From positions 101,459 to 165,458 of the forward strand of contig JABACB010000001.1 of the NCBI GenBank assembly GCA_014237925.1: DNA of 64,000 nucleotides, in the 5' to 3' direction. The position numbers were made by a program, and so were the translations under genes. Shown in pieces: positions 1-9,329 of this stretch. This DNA is from Alphaproteobacteria bacterium. Its GTDB lineage: Bacteria; Pseudomonadota; Alphaproteobacteria; JABAAW01. The notes below the pieces were generated by a model that was not told the origin of the DNA, ran no database searches, and saw only the letters and a list, made by a program, of their open reading frames with translations. Each line of letters opens with the position of its first letter. The stretch's first letter is position 1.

Positions 1-1563
1 GTCCGAGGCTGCGACGCATCCCTCCAAGTCGTGTCCTTCGCGGCGCGCCTTGTAGAGCGCAACCTCGACGGCATCGATACGGCTCGTCTGTCCGCAACCC
101 AGTCCCAGAGTGGCTTGAGCCCTCGCCTGCGCGAGGGAAGAAGAGGTGTCTCGGTTGACGATGGCAACCGCGTTGGAGCTGATCAAGGAGGCGGACTCGA
201 AGGCAAACAGCAAGGCTGCTCTCTGCGCCTTCGTAGGCTCTTTCGTGCCCTTGTGCGCGATGTCGTCGAGCATGAGCTTCTTGTCGTTCGGCGTTTGCAA
301 GATGCGCAAGTGCTTGCCGAGCGAGCGCACCTCGAAGCTTCCGCCGATGTTGTAGGCGAGGCGAGGGTAGGGTAGCAGCAAGGGGGGGGTGGCTTTCTCC
401 GACATCGTCTCCAAGGCGCCCTCCACGAACGAGGGAGCTGCGACAAGGGTGAAAAATTGCTTTCTCAACGCCTCCAGCAACGCCTTGTCGCAATGGCGGT
501 TGACGGCGACGATCCCGCCGTAAGTGGAGAGACTGTCGCCCTTGTAGGCGAGCATGAAGGCTTGCACAAGGTCGCCCGCGTACGCAAAGCCGCAGAGATT
601 GCCGTGTTTGACGATCGCGCAGGCGGGATCGTCTTGGCGCACGACCGCGCGCGTCGCTTTGTAGGCATCGATCAGGTTGTTGTAGCTGGGGGAGCGACCG
701 CTGAGCGTCGGCGAGGAGGGCTGAAGGTGCGAAGGCGACGCATAGCTTTGCTTGACCTCAAACAGAGCCGCTGCCTGATGAGGATTCTCCCCGTAGCGCA
801 GCTGCAAGGCTTGGTCGGCAAAACTGTTGCGATGGGCTGGAAGGGGGTTGTTCGACACCACCATACCCAGCCAGTCTCCGATCATCATGTCGTTGAGCGC
901 GGTCATATGAAAGACCTTGCTCGCCAGCATTCTCAGCAGCTCTTCGTCCATGCGCTCTTTCATACAGCTCTTGCCGCGGTCGTTCTCGGCAGTGACGATG
1001 GCAGCCACCGTGTCGCAGTCTTGCCGATCGAAGAGCGCGCAGACATGACGATAGTTCTTCGCCGCCGCGCGCAGAAGCGCGATTCCGCCGATGTCGATGT
1101 ACTCGTGCAGCTTGTCGACATCGACAGGAGAGACCGCATCGTCCGAAAGGCTTCGAGACTTGTCGCCGAACGGATAGGGTTGCACAACGACATAGTCGAT
1201 CGGAAAGATCGGATTGCCGTCGGGCAAGCACTCCACCTCCCCGCCGCGTGCGCACAAGATGCCGCCGAGAATGCGCGGGTGTAGCGTCTTCACTTGTCCT
1301 TGCGCGATTTCTCCTACGCCCGTATACTCTGATACCGAGATCGTTTCGATGCCGTGATGTGCTAGCTTCTCTTGCGTGCCTCGTGTCGCCAAAATTCCGA
1401 CACCCTTCTTCTGCAAGGCGCGAGCCAGCACCAAGGACGACTCCGCCTCTTGGAGAGAAAACAACGCGAAGGTTTTGTGTTGTTGGAAGTGTTGCCCTTG
1501 CTTGCGCCGTGTTTTGTCCTTCATTGAAGACACCTCGTCGTGCGTGGCATCTTGCATGGTCAT
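1..1563 (-). CDS. purH: Bifunctional AICAR transformylase / IMP cyclohydrolase PurH; the 3' end runs off the window
   Basis: Absent from the ORF track because there is no stop codon inside the window. My own minus-strand translation from the ATG at ~1563 (preceded by GGAGGAGGG) is open all the way to position 1. It shows an N-terminal MGS-like part (GILATRGT, VKTLHPRILGGIL) and AICARFT motifs (LRYGENPHQ, IVKHGNLCGFA, YGGIVAVN). Confidence 0.85.
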   Translation of the reverse strand, partial: MTMQDATHDEVSSMKDKTRRKQGQHFQQHKTFALFSLQEAESSLVLARALQKKGVGILATRGTQEKLAHHGIETISVSEYTGVGEIAQGQVKTLHPRILGGILCARGGEVECLPDGNPIFPIDYVVVQPYPFGDKSRSLSDDAVSPVDVDKLHEYIDIGGIALLRAAAKNYRHVCALFDRQDCDTVAAIVTAENDRGKSCMKERMDEELLRMLASKVFHMTALNDMMIGDWLGMVVSNNPLPAHRNSFADQALQLRYGENPHQAAALFEVKQSYASPSHLQPSSPTLSGRSPSYNNLIDAYKATRAVVRQDDPACAIVKHGNLCGFAYAGDLVQAFMLAYKGDSLSTYGGIVAVNRHCDKALLEALRKQFFTLVAAPSFVEGALETMSEKATPPLLLPYPRLAYNIGGSFEVRSLGKHLRILQTPNDKKLMLDDIAHKGTKEPTKAQRAALLFAFESASLISSNAVAIVNRDTSSSLAQARAQATLGLGCGQTSRIDAVEVALYKARREGHDLEGCVAASD

Positions 1564-1609
1564 CCCTCCTCCCATTGTTTTTCAACAAGAATTCTTCCCC
1601 AAGCAACCC

Positions 1610-1615
1610 TATAAT
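1610..1615 (+). promoter_or_regulatory. Candidate -10 element (TATAAT) upstream of rpoH
   Basis: Perfect TATAAT about 54 nt upstream of the rpoH ATG, in the purH/rpoH divergent spacer. No convincing -35 was seen. Confidence 0.25.
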
Positions 1616-1668
1616 GACACAGAGTGATGGTTGTGTAAAGCTTTGCGGCTTGGCAGAGAGGTTTTTTT

Positions 1669-2655
1669 ATGTCGAAGACGGGTGCCGTCGTTGCGCGTAG
1701 CCCCTCTTCGCTGAGCGTCAGCGAGGAGGGACTGGAGCATTACCTTGCGGAGGTGCGCAAAGTGCCTCTGCTCGCGCACGAGGAGGAGTACATGCTCGCG
1801 CGACGGTGGATCGATCACAAGGATGTCGAAGCGGCGCATCGCTTGGTGCTGAGCCACCTGCGTCTTGTAGCGAAGATCGCCGCCGGCTATCGCGGCTACG
1901 GCTTGCCTTACGCCGACCTGGTGTCGGAAGGCAATATCGGACTGTTGCAGGCGGTACGGCGTTTCGACCCGGAACGCGGGTTCAGACTGGCGACTTACGC
2001 CATGTGGTGGATCCGAGCCGCCGTGCAGGACTATGTGCTGCGTTCGTGGTCGCTGGTCAAGATCGGAACGACGGCTGCGCAGAAAAAACTCTTTTTCAAC
2101 TTGCGCAAGCTGCGCCAGCAAATGCGCGCCATCGACAGTCAGCAGATCAGTCCCGAAGAGGTTGAAAAAATCGCCGCCGCGCTCGATGTCGACACGCGTG
2201 AAGTCGAGATGATGCACGCAAGACTGTCGTCGCGCGACTTCTCGTTGCAGACGCCGATCGGCGACGACGGCGACGCATGGCAGGAATGGATCGAAGACGA
2301 AAGCGCCGACCACGAGAGCGCTTTCCTCGACGAAGACGAAAAGCGCTACCGCCGTTCGATCTTGGACGAGGCGTTGCAAACGCTGAAGCCGCGCGAGCGC
2401 GACATCTTGTGCGCACGACGTTTGCAAGATCCCGCATCCACTCTGGACGACTTGGGTCGGCGCTATCGCGTCAGCCGCGAGCGCATTCGGCAAATTGAAT
2501 CGTCCGCCTTCGAAAAGCTACGCCTCGCGGTGGCGCAAAAAGAACAGGCGCTTTTGCCGAAGGCCTCTGTTTCTGCTACCTCTGTTTCTGCCACCTCTGT
2601 TTCTGCTGCCCCCGCTCTCCCTTCGACGGAGTGCGGTGAGTCTAGCGTCTCCTGA
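1669..2655 (+). CDS. rpoH: RNA polymerase sigma-32 (heat-shock) factor RpoH
   Basis: Sigma-70 family regions 2-4 (LVSEGNIGLLQAVRRFDPERGFRLATYAMWWIRA). Carries the RpoH box QKKLFFNLRKL. The C-terminal SVSAT x3 comes from a 15-nt array at 2566-2610. Confidence 0.9.
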   Translation: MSKTGAVVARSPSSLSVSEEGLEHYLAEVRKVPLLAHEEEYMLARRWIDHKDVEAAHRLVLSHLRLVAKIAAGYRGYGLPYADLVSEGNIGLLQAVRRFDPERGFRLATYAMWWIRAAVQDYVLRSWSLVKIGTTAAQKKLFFNLRKLRQQMRAIDSQQISPEEVEKIAAALDVDTREVEMMHARLSSRDFSLQTPIGDDGDAWQEWIEDESADHESAFLDEDEKRYRRSILDEALQTLKPRERDILCARRLQDPASTLDDLGRRYRVSRERIRQIESSAFEKLRLAVAQKEQALLPKASVSATSVSATSVSAAPALPSTECGESSVS

Positions 2656-2675
2656 CGCGGCGGCTAGAATTTAGC

Positions 2676-2835
2676 GACTCTTTCAGTGACTCTTTCAGTG
2701 ACTCTTTCAGTAACTCTTGCTCACTCTCTCTTGCTCGCTCTTTCTCGCTTTTTCTCACTCTTTCTCACCCTTCTCTTTTTCGCTCTTGCTCGCTCTTTCT
2801 CACTCTTTCTCACCCTTCTCTTTTTCGCTCTTGTC
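2676..2835. repeat. Composite tandem repeats: 12-nt unit gactctttcagt x3 (2676-2711), then a ~45-54-nt CT-rich unit x2 (~2737-2835)
   Basis: Read directly in the sequence. Lies between the rpoH stop and the 3' end of the convergent ORF 2800-3351. Confidence 0.85.
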
Positions 2836-3351
2836 GTCGTCCCGCTCGTCCTGCTTGGGGGGTGCGGTCGTCTTTTGCCCGAGCTGCGTTCCCCAAACCT
2901 TGAGTAGTATCTTTTGTTGATCTTTCAAACGTCGCTCCTTGTGTTGAAGGGTGATCTCCATCACGGCGGCGAAAACAATGGGAAATGCCATGAAAAACAA
3001 CACCCCCAGCCATGCCGAGCCGAAAGGCAAGACCCAATTGACCCAATCTTGAAACAGCATGCCGGGGCGGGGAGAAGATCCGTAGGTATTGTAGCTGTGC
3101 TGCAAAGCCAGCAGCAAGCCCATGATATTCAGACCCGTGACAGAAAAGCTCAAGAAATGATTTTCGCTCTTGTCGACCATGCGAACGAGCAGGCTGGGCA
3201 ACAGGGCGAACGAGACGAGCAGAATCCATGGTGAATAGATCCCGGCGAGGATGACAAGACATGTCAGCAGAATCGAAACGACGGGCTTGGAACGCGACTC
3301 TTGCAACGCTTGCGATGCTTGTGGTTTCTTCTCGTTCGACGCTGTCGGCAT
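2800..3351 (-). CDS. Hypothetical polytopic membrane protein, translationally adjacent to the upstream pseudokinase gene
   Basis: About 4 hydrophobic segments (VVSILLTCLVILAGIY, WILLVSFALLPSLL, LNIMGLLLALQ, FGSAWLGVLFFMAFPIVFAAV). Its start sits 1-2 nt after the stop of ORF 3353-5377. The charged KE-rich tail is encoded by a repeat. Confidence 0.5.
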   Translation of the reverse strand: MPTASNEKKPQASQALQESRSKPVVSILLTCLVILAGIYSPWILLVSFALLPSLLVRMVDKSENHFLSFSVTGLNIMGLLLALQHSYNTYGSSPRPGMLFQDWVNWVLPFGSAWLGVLFFMAFPIVFAAVMEITLQHKERRLKDQQKILLKVWGTQLGQKTTAPPKQDERDDDKSEKEKGEKE

Positions 3352-3352
3352 G

Positions 3353-5377
3353 CTAGATGAGCCTCAGGAGCATGGCGAGAAATCCTACCACGATGAGACC
3401 GGAGCTGGTGGTCATGGCAGCGGTGTGCGCGGTGCGATGAATTTGCTCGGGCATGCCCTGGTGCGCGTGAGCGATGCGCATCAGTTCGTGGTGGTTGCTT
3501 TTGTAGCGCTTTTGCGCCTCGAAGTAGGACTTGGCATCTTGGGCAAGCAGCGAAGGGTTGTCTGCAATCGATAGCATGGGCTCGATCCAGCCGTCTTTGA
3601 CACATGTCTGCAGGCGTCGTTTCAAATCCTGCCGTTTCTCGATGTTGCGGATGCGCTCCAAGGCGGGCTCGAGCAAGGGCAACAGCGCACGACAGAGACG
3701 GTAAGCCGGCACGCGGTTGTAGCGTCGCTGGACAATGTTGAGCAAGCGTACTTGCGCCAGCCCGCTCTGGACAGGGTCGCCTTGCTGTAAGGCGGTCGTC
3801 AGCGCGTCGGAGCCCGCGGCATTGTGGTAGGCGGTGATGTAGGCGAGAAGGTGCGAGTCCAGCCGCAGGCGACCCCCTTCCTCCTGCGCCTCCATCCTTT
3901 CTTCCAAACGTTCCAACAGCGAGTTCAAGCCGTAGACATAGTCTCGGGCAAACAGAGACGACATGCAAGGCGCGTCGGCGTTGAGCATGTAGAAGAAGCG
4001 CAAGACGGCGAAATCGCTCTCGCCGTGCAGCACGCGCTGGACAAGGGTGGTGATCGTCTTGACAGTCGCGATGTAGGTAGGCGCGCTGTAGATGTGGTGG
4101 CGCATCCAAAAATCGTGCGTTCCCTGTCGCAAGAGGTGAAGCAAGGTTGCAATCTTGCCGGGCTGGGCGTAGTACTTGGCAAGCATGTTGCCGATGCCGG
4201 TGACCGTAAACCCCGAATCGCGCCACAGGATGGGAGCCAGCGGGTTCAGCAAGATGAGCGTTCGGGTCAAGCTGTCGGTAAGGTCGGTCTTTTGGGCGTC
4301 CGAGCCTGCCCTTTCGTCTTGCAACTGCAGGATGGCGCGTGCGTCGGCATCGTCGGCAAACGAGCGGCGGATCCAGTGTCCAAGATCCGAGTGTTTGCTC
4401 ATATCGATCGCCTCCCTCCAGTTTCGATGCAGCATGTAGGACATCTCTTGGCGAGTCGTGACCGCATGCTCGCGCAGGTAGTACGGCACTTTCGCGCGCG
4501 GCGGCGTGAAGTGGTTCTCCGCCGAGCGGCGATAGCCGCCCATCCACGCCACCACCTCATCGTGTCCCCAGCGTGTACCGGGGTTGTCGTCCAATAGTCC
4601 GCGCAAAAGCTCGGCGCTTTCCGCCTCCAACTGCGCATGCTCCAGCAGCGCGCGGTACGAGCCCAGCCGCGCCTTCTGCAAGAGCACAGCCTCTTCCGAG
4701 ACCATGCGCAAAGGTACATGCCCCCGCAACAGCGTAAACATCATCACGCCCAGCGCGTAATAGTCGTTGGCAGCGATTTCGCTCCCTCGTCCTTGCGGCT
4801 CCGCCATCGCGCAGGTCGGCGTTTCGAAAAGGCGCGGCTGCAAAGTGCCTGCAGGATCGCTCAGACATTGTCCTAAGACGAACGAACTCATCTCCGTGCC
4901 TTGAACAAAAAGGTTCGTAGGCGAGAAGGCGCGATAGGTCAATCCTGACGCATGGATTGCGTGCAACGAATTCAGGACGGGTTTGAGAAACCTTTTCACG
5001 CACTCTTGCAGGTTCAGCGGCGAAGTCGTCTCTTCTAGAGAGTCCAAATACAGACGTTTGTTCGGATGCCTGTAGATAAGAACAACGCGCTCCACGCCTT
5101 CCTTGTCGCGTTGCAGATGCCATTCTTGAAACTGCACCAGCGCGCTGTGACGCAGGCGCACGAAAATGTCGCAGGCGCTCAGACGAGGAAAGAAACGGCG
5201 GTCGCACACATAGGCAAGAAACCCTTCTTCGCCGCTGATGCGTTGCGCCTGATACGCACGCGCATGCACCGTATCCAGCGATGTCAGGGGTTGTGAGAAG
5301 AGAACGCGAAAGCGACAGCCCTCGACAGGCTTCGAAGAGGGATTCGCAACAACCGAAGGGGAGGGGCTTTCTGCCAT
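3353..5377 (-). CDS. Tail-anchored protein with a degenerate Ser/Thr-kinase-like (pseudokinase) N-domain
   Basis: Kinase-fold landmarks are present but the catalytic residues are replaced. HASGLTYRAFSPTNLFV stands where H..G..HRDLKP.NILV is expected. VLGQC replaces the DFG segment. LAYVCD replaces VAIK. The APE-like CAMAEPQ...NDYYALGVMMFTLLRG is retained. There is a C-terminal TM (GLIVVGFLAMLLRLI). Confidence 0.55.
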   Translation of the reverse strand: MAESPSPSVVANPSSKPVEGCRFRVLFSQPLTSLDTVHARAYQAQRISGEEGFLAYVCDRRFFPRLSACDIFVRLRHSALVQFQEWHLQRDKEGVERVVLIYRHPNKRLYLDSLEETTSPLNLQECVKRFLKPVLNSLHAIHASGLTYRAFSPTNLFVQGTEMSSFVLGQCLSDPAGTLQPRLFETPTCAMAEPQGRGSEIAANDYYALGVMMFTLLRGHVPLRMVSEEAVLLQKARLGSYRALLEHAQLEAESAELLRGLLDDNPGTRWGHDEVVAWMGGYRRSAENHFTPPRAKVPYYLREHAVTTRQEMSYMLHRNWREAIDMSKHSDLGHWIRRSFADDADARAILQLQDERAGSDAQKTDLTDSLTRTLILLNPLAPILWRDSGFTVTGIGNMLAKYYAQPGKIATLLHLLRQGTHDFWMRHHIYSAPTYIATVKTITTLVQRVLHGESDFAVLRFFYMLNADAPCMSSLFARDYVYGLNSLLERLEERMEAQEEGGRLRLDSHLLAYITAYHNAAGSDALTTALQQGDPVQSGLAQVRLLNIVQRRYNRVPAYRLCRALLPLLEPALERIRNIEKRQDLKRRLQTCVKDGWIEPMLSIADNPSLLAQDAKSYFEAQKRYKSNHHELMRIAHAHQGMPEQIHRTAHTAAMTTSSGLIVVGFLAMLLRLI

Positions 5378-5449
5378 AGGGGGGTTCTCCGCGGAAATAG
5401 GCGCAAGGGGGGAGGCAAGAAGGGTTTGTCGCTACTTGTGCCTCGTGTA

Positions 5450-6985
5450 TCAGACGGGGTTGCGCAGGAACGCCGGCAAGGCTTCCAGCCGCTCCTTGTT
5501 ATTCGAGGGGTTATTCGAGGGGTTGTGCGAGGGGTTATTCGAGGGGTTATTCGAGGGGTTGTGCGAGGGGTTGTTTGAGGGATTGTGCGAGGGGTTGTGC
5601 GAGGGGTTGTTTGAGGGATTGTGCGAGGGATTGTGCGAGGAATTGTGCGGAGACGGCGTGGCAGACGACGCGAGCGACGATGGCGCGGGGGAAGAGCTTG
5701 GAGTTCCACTTCTGCCTCTGCTTCTTCCTCGATCTCTCTGTCTTCCGTCCTCCCTTCCGTTCTCCCTTCTGTCCTCCCTTCTGTCCTCCCTTCTGTCCTC
5801 CCTTCTGTCCTCCCTTCTGTCCTCCTTTGCGTCCTCCCTTCCGTTCTCCCTTCTGTCCTCCTTTGCGTTCGCGCCTTCGGAGGCGACGCCTTCGATACGA
5901 TCCAGCATGCCGATGCGTTCCAGCAACACTCTGTCCTCTTCGCTGACATAGGTGAGCGCGATGCCGCGCAGTCCTGCGCGTCCCGTGCGTCCGATGCGGT
6001 GGACATAGTTGTCGCGCGTCAGGGGCACATCGAAGTTGACGACGCAGTCGACGGCTTCGATATCCAAGCCGCGCGCAGCCACATCGGAGCAGACGAGCGT
6101 GCGCAGCGCACCGCTGCGAAAACGTTCCAGCTCTGCAATGCGCAAGGGTTGCGGCATGTCGCCGTGCAGCTGTCCTACGGCTTGGACACGCTGTTGCGAA
6201 AGCCATCGGGCAACTTCGCGCACGCGCAGACGGCGATTGCAAAACACCAGCACGGAGCTGTGCTTCGAAAGCTCTTTTTGCAACAATGCCATCTTTGCTT
6301 TTTCGCCGACGACCGTCAAAAAGCTTTCTTCGACCGTATCGGCGCTGCGGCGTTGCGGAGAGAGATCGATATGCTTCGCTGCCGTCGTGAAGCGTTTGAC
6401 CAGGCGCGCGACCGCATCGTCCAAGGTGGCGCTCATCAGGATCGTTTGGCGGCGAGGGGGCAGCAACGCGCAGATCCGCTCGACATCGGGGATGAAGCCC
6501 ATATCCAGCATGCGATCCGCCTCGTCGATCACCAACACCGTGATGGCGTTGAAAAGAAGCTTGCCGCGTTCGTGCAAGTCCAGCAGCCTGCCGGGCGTTG
6601 CGATCACGACATCGGGGGCACGCGAAAGCGCACGAATCTGCTCTCCCATCGTCATGCCGCCGATCAGCAGCGTGTGGCGGATCCCCAAGTCCGCCGAGAA
6701 GGTTTCGGTCACTTTCGCCGTTTGCATCGCAAGCTCGCGCGTCGGATTCAGCACCAGCGCACGCGGAAGCGCCGCGCGCTGTCTGCCGTGTGTAAGAATG
6801 TCGAGCAGGGGCAAAACGAAGGCGGCGGTCTTGCCTGTCCCCGTTTGCGCGATCCCGACCACGTCGCGGTTCATCAGCACATTCGGAATCGCTTGCTCCT
6901 GAATCGGGGTCGGGTGAGAAAATCCTGCCTGCACAACCTGTTGCAGAAGCTTTTCGCTCAAGCCGAGCGCGGAAAAATCATTCAT
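5450..6985 (-). CDS. DEAD-box ATP-dependent RNA helicase (RhlE-like) with a long repeat-encoded C-terminal tail
   Basis: Q-motif/motif I (FSHPTPIQEQAIP, AQTGTGKTAAF), VIDEADRMLDMGF, SAT, and HRIGRTGRAG. The start was chosen at MNDFSALGL; the track ORF extends to 7033 from a GTG. Confidence 0.9.
   Translation of the reverse strand: MNDFSALGLSEKLLQQVVQAGFSHPTPIQEQAIPNVLMNRDVVGIAQTGTGKTAAFVLPLLDILTHGRQRAALPRALVLNPTRELAMQTAKVTETFSADLGIRHTLLIGGMTMGEQIRALSRAPDVVIATPGRLLDLHERGKLLFNAITVLVIDEADRMLDMGFIPDVERICALLPPRRQTILMSATLDDAVARLVKRFTTAAKHIDLSPQRRSADTVEESFLTVVGEKAKMALLQKELSKHSSVLVFCNRRLRVREVARWLSQQRVQAVGQLHGDMPQPLRIAELERFRSGALRTLVCSDVAARGLDIEAVDCVVNFDVPLTRDNYVHRIGRTGRAGLRGIALTYVSEEDRVLLERIGMLDRIEGVASEGANAKEDRRENGREDAKEDRREDRREDRREDRREDRRENGREDGRQRDRGRSRGRSGTPSSSPAPSSLASSATPSPHNSSHNPSHNPSNNPSHNPSHNPSNNPSHNPSNNPSNNPSHNPSNNPSNNKERLEALPAFLRNPV
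5498..5866. repeat. In-frame arrays in the helicase tail: 12-nt unit (H/N)NPS x~12 (5498-5647) and 15-nt unit EDRRE x~6 (5741-5866)
   Basis: Coordinates derived from the track protein. The DNA shows ggggtt(a/g)t(t/g)cga and tcctcccttctgtcc units. Confidence 0.85.
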
Positions 6986-7214
6986 AACGCATTGTTGTCC
7001 TCTACCGTCACCGTGCCTCACCTGTGTCTTCACTCTGCTCCATGTCCTGCTTCACCGTCCTGCTTCACCTTCCCCCCATTCTACGCGTTGTTGCTGGCGG
7101 CTGTCAAGGGGACGGCGAATTTCTTGCGGACAGGGGACTTGCTTTTTCCTTGCGTGAGCCCTAGGGTGGAGAGCGACCCTTGCACAAGCCCACCGATGTC
7201 GAGGACAGAGCCTT

Positions 7215-8480
7215 ATGGAGAAACCGACCAGCAAGCAACAGAGCGACAAGCAGAAGGCGCTCGCCTCCGCGTTGGACGAGATCGAGCGCAGCTTCGGTAA
7301 GGGTTCGATCATGCGTTTGGGACATCAGGAGGTCGAGGGTATCGAATCCATCTCGACAGGATCGCTCGGCTTGGACATCGCCTTGGGCGTAGGCGGCTTG
7401 CCGCGCGGACGCATCATCGAGATCTACGGACCAGAATCCTCAGGAAAAACAACCCTTGCCCTCCAAGTCATCGCCGAGGCGCAGCGAAAGGGGGGGCAGT
7501 GCGCCTTCTTGGATGCCGAGCATGCACTCGATCCGTCCTATGCCAAGAAGCTCGGCATCAACCTCGACGCGCTGCTCATCTCGCAGCCAGACGCAGGAGA
7601 GCAGGCGTTGGAAATCGCCGACACCCTCGTGCGTTCCAGCGCGATCGATGTACTCGTCGTCGATTCGGTCGCAGCTCTCGTGCCGCGCGCAGAACTCGAA
7701 GGCGACATGGGAGACACCCATGTAGGCTTGCACGCAAGACTCATGAGCCAAGCGCTCCGAAAACTCACAGGATCGGTTGCACGCTCGCGCACGATGGTCG
7801 TCTTCATCAACCAGATCCGCATGAAGATCGGCGTCATGTTCGGTAATCCGGAGACGACAACAGGAGGAAACGCTTTGAAATTCTATTCGAGCGTGCGCCT
7901 CGATATTCGACGCATCGGCGCGGTCAAGGACAAGGATGTCATCGTCGGAAATCAGACGCGAGTCAAGGTTGTCAAGAACAAGGTGGCACCACCGTTTCGA
8001 GTCGTCGAGTTCGACATCATGTACGACGAAGGAATTTCTAAGAGCGGTGAAATCCTCGACCTCGGCGTCAGCGCAGGAATCATCGAAAAATCAGGCGCAT
8101 GGTATGCATACGACAAGCAACGCATCGCGCAGGGACGCGAGAACGCGCGTACGTGGTTGCGTGCCAATGCGGCGAGCGCGCGTGCCATCGAAAACAAAAT
8201 CCGCGAAAAAGAGGGGCTGCTTTCGGAGGTCATGCTGGAGGCTCCTTCGCCGCCTCCCGTCGCGGTAGAAGATGTCGCGCCTGCTGCTCCTGCTCCTCTC
8301 GCTTCGCCTCCCTCTGCACCTCCTCCCTCTGCTCCTCCTCCCTCTGCCCCTCCTCCCTCTGCTCCTCCTCCCTCTGCTCCTCCTCCCTCTGCACCTCCTC
8401 CCTCTGCTCCTCCTCCTGCACGCGCTGTCCGGCCTGCTGCTGCGCCGCCGCCCATCCCGCCCGTTCGTTCTGCTTATTAG
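7215..8480 (+). CDS. recA: Recombinase RecA with a ~70-aa proline-rich C-terminal extension
   Basis: [18 protein letters not shown], Walker [13 protein letters not shown], and the canonical L1/L2 region ([28 protein letters not shown]). The tail is PPPSA x7. Confidence 0.97.
   Translation: MEKPTSKQQSDKQKALASALDEIERSFGKGSIMRLGHQEVEGIESISTGSLGLDIALGVGGLPRGRIIEIYGPESSGKTTLALQVIAEAQRKGGQCAFLDAEHALDPSYAKKLGINLDALLISQPDAGEQALEIADTLVRSSAIDVLVVDSVAALVPRAELEGDMGDTHVGLHARLMSQALRKLTGSVARSRTMVVFINQIRMKIGVMFGNPETTTGGNALKFYSSVRLDIRRIGAVKDKDVIVGNQTRVKVVKNKVAPPFRVVEFDIMYDEGISKSGEILDLGVSAGIIEKSGAWYAYDKQRIAQGRENARTWLRANAASARAIENKIREKEGLLSEVMLEAPSPPPVAVEDVAPAAPAPLASPPSAPPPSAPPPSAPPPSAPPPSAPPPSAPPPSAPPPARAVRPAAAPPPIPPVRSAY
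8307..8417. repeat. 15-nt in-frame array (PPPSA x7) inside the recA 3' end
   Basis: Coordinates computed from the protein position (aa 365-401). Confidence 0.9.
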
Positions 8481-8600
8481 CTTGTCGTGATTAGCTTGTC
8501 GTGATTAGCTTGTCGTGATTAGCTTGTCTCTAGATTCTTTTGTTCGATTTTTCTTGCTTTACTTTTCTTGCTTTATTTTTCTTGCTTTATTTTTCTTGCG
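8477..8600. repeat. Intergenic arrays: 14-nt unit ttagcttgtcgtga x3.5 (8477-8530) and ~15-nt unit ttttcttgctttat x3.5 (~8546-8600)
   Basis: Read directly in the sequence. The first array starts inside the recA stop codon, and each unit carries TAG and TGA. Confidence 0.85.
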
Positions 8601-9324
8601 CCCTGAGTCGGTCGCGCTCAAGAGCCAGCAAACGCAGGAATTGTCCCACACCCTGCTTGCTGACGATGTCCGTCATCTCACGCCGCTTGCCTGCGATCAC
8701 GCTCACATTGCGAAAGATCACATCGATGATTCCCATGCGGGTCGTCCCCCCTCCGTTGTCAAAACAACGCACGCGCCAAACGACGGGCAGAGCCTCATTC
8801 TCGTCCTCGACGCTCACCGCAATGCTGACCGCGAAATCTTTGCCCAGCCGCGACACTTTCGACAATTCGTAGTCGACAACAGAAAGGTTGTAGATAGCGT
8901 TGCTGACCGTGCTTTCCAAAATCGAAGAGATGAGCAGAGCGTATTCCTCGCGTTGTGAAGGCGACATCTTGCGCCAGTAAGGCCCAATCAAGCTGCGCGC
9001 CACGGTATCGTAGGCGAAGGTTTGACGCAGGATCTCCTTGTAGGCTTGCAGCTGCGTTTTCCTCGATGCTTTCTCTGCCGTCGCTTTTTGCTGTTGCTGG
9101 ATTTCTTTCAACAAGGCGCGCGCCTTGTCGTCGGTGAAGACGCGTGCCTGCACAATGCTGCAGGCATCGCTGCGCTTGAGCCCCTTGCCGCCGCTCTGGC
9201 TCTGCGCTGCGGGTGCGAGCGCAAGCGCGAAGCAGAAAGCAACGACAGCACCGGCTCCCGCCCTCACGCTGCCGTCGGCGAGAAGCCGAAAGCGAGCGGA
9301 CACCCTTGTCTTTGTCCGTCGCAT
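8587..9324 (-). CDS. MlaC/Ttg2D-family periplasmic lipid-binding protein (paralog 1)
   Basis: Signal peptide, then the family core: FAYDTVARSLIGPYWRKMSPSQREEY ... VVWRVR ... IIDVIFRNVSVIAGKRREM. Confidence 0.7.
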   Translation of the reverse strand: MRRTKTRVSARFRLLADGSVRAGAGAVVAFCFALALAPAAQSQSGGKGLKRSDACSIVQARVFTDDKARALLKEIQQQQKATAEKASRKTQLQAYKEILRQTFAYDTVARSLIGPYWRKMSPSQREEYALLISSILESTVSNAIYNLSVVDYELSKVSRLGKDFAVSIAVSVEDENEALPVVWRVRCFDNGGGTTRMGIIDVIFRNVSVIAGKRREMTDIVSKQGVGQFLRLLALERDRLRAQEK

Positions 9325-9329
9325 TTTCG

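Noticed and set aside
3264-4547. Long ORFs in the track that overlap recognised genes antisense or out of frame. Examples: 3264-4547(-), 5621-7300(+), 11629-12996(-), 34166-35872(+), 34902-37106(-), 36362-37870(+), 43757-45304(-), 47480-48451(-), 53720-54883(-), 56800-57891(+), 58581-59633(-).
   Set aside because: All are Arg/Ala/Gly/Pro-rich with no recognisable motifs. Each lies over a CDS with strong family signatures (kinase-like gene, helicase, ccrM/rnhB, gyrA, hemB, smc, MCP, sctD, sctV, sctR). This is typical shadow-ORF behaviour of GC-rich DNA.
7034-7214. An alphaproteobacterial SOS box (GTTC-N7-GTTC / GAAC-N7-GAAC) upstream of recA.
   Set aside because: I found no such motif by eye in the helicase/recA divergent spacer, only a 13-nt direct repeat (gtcctgcttcacc x2). 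The absence is not proven without a matrix search.
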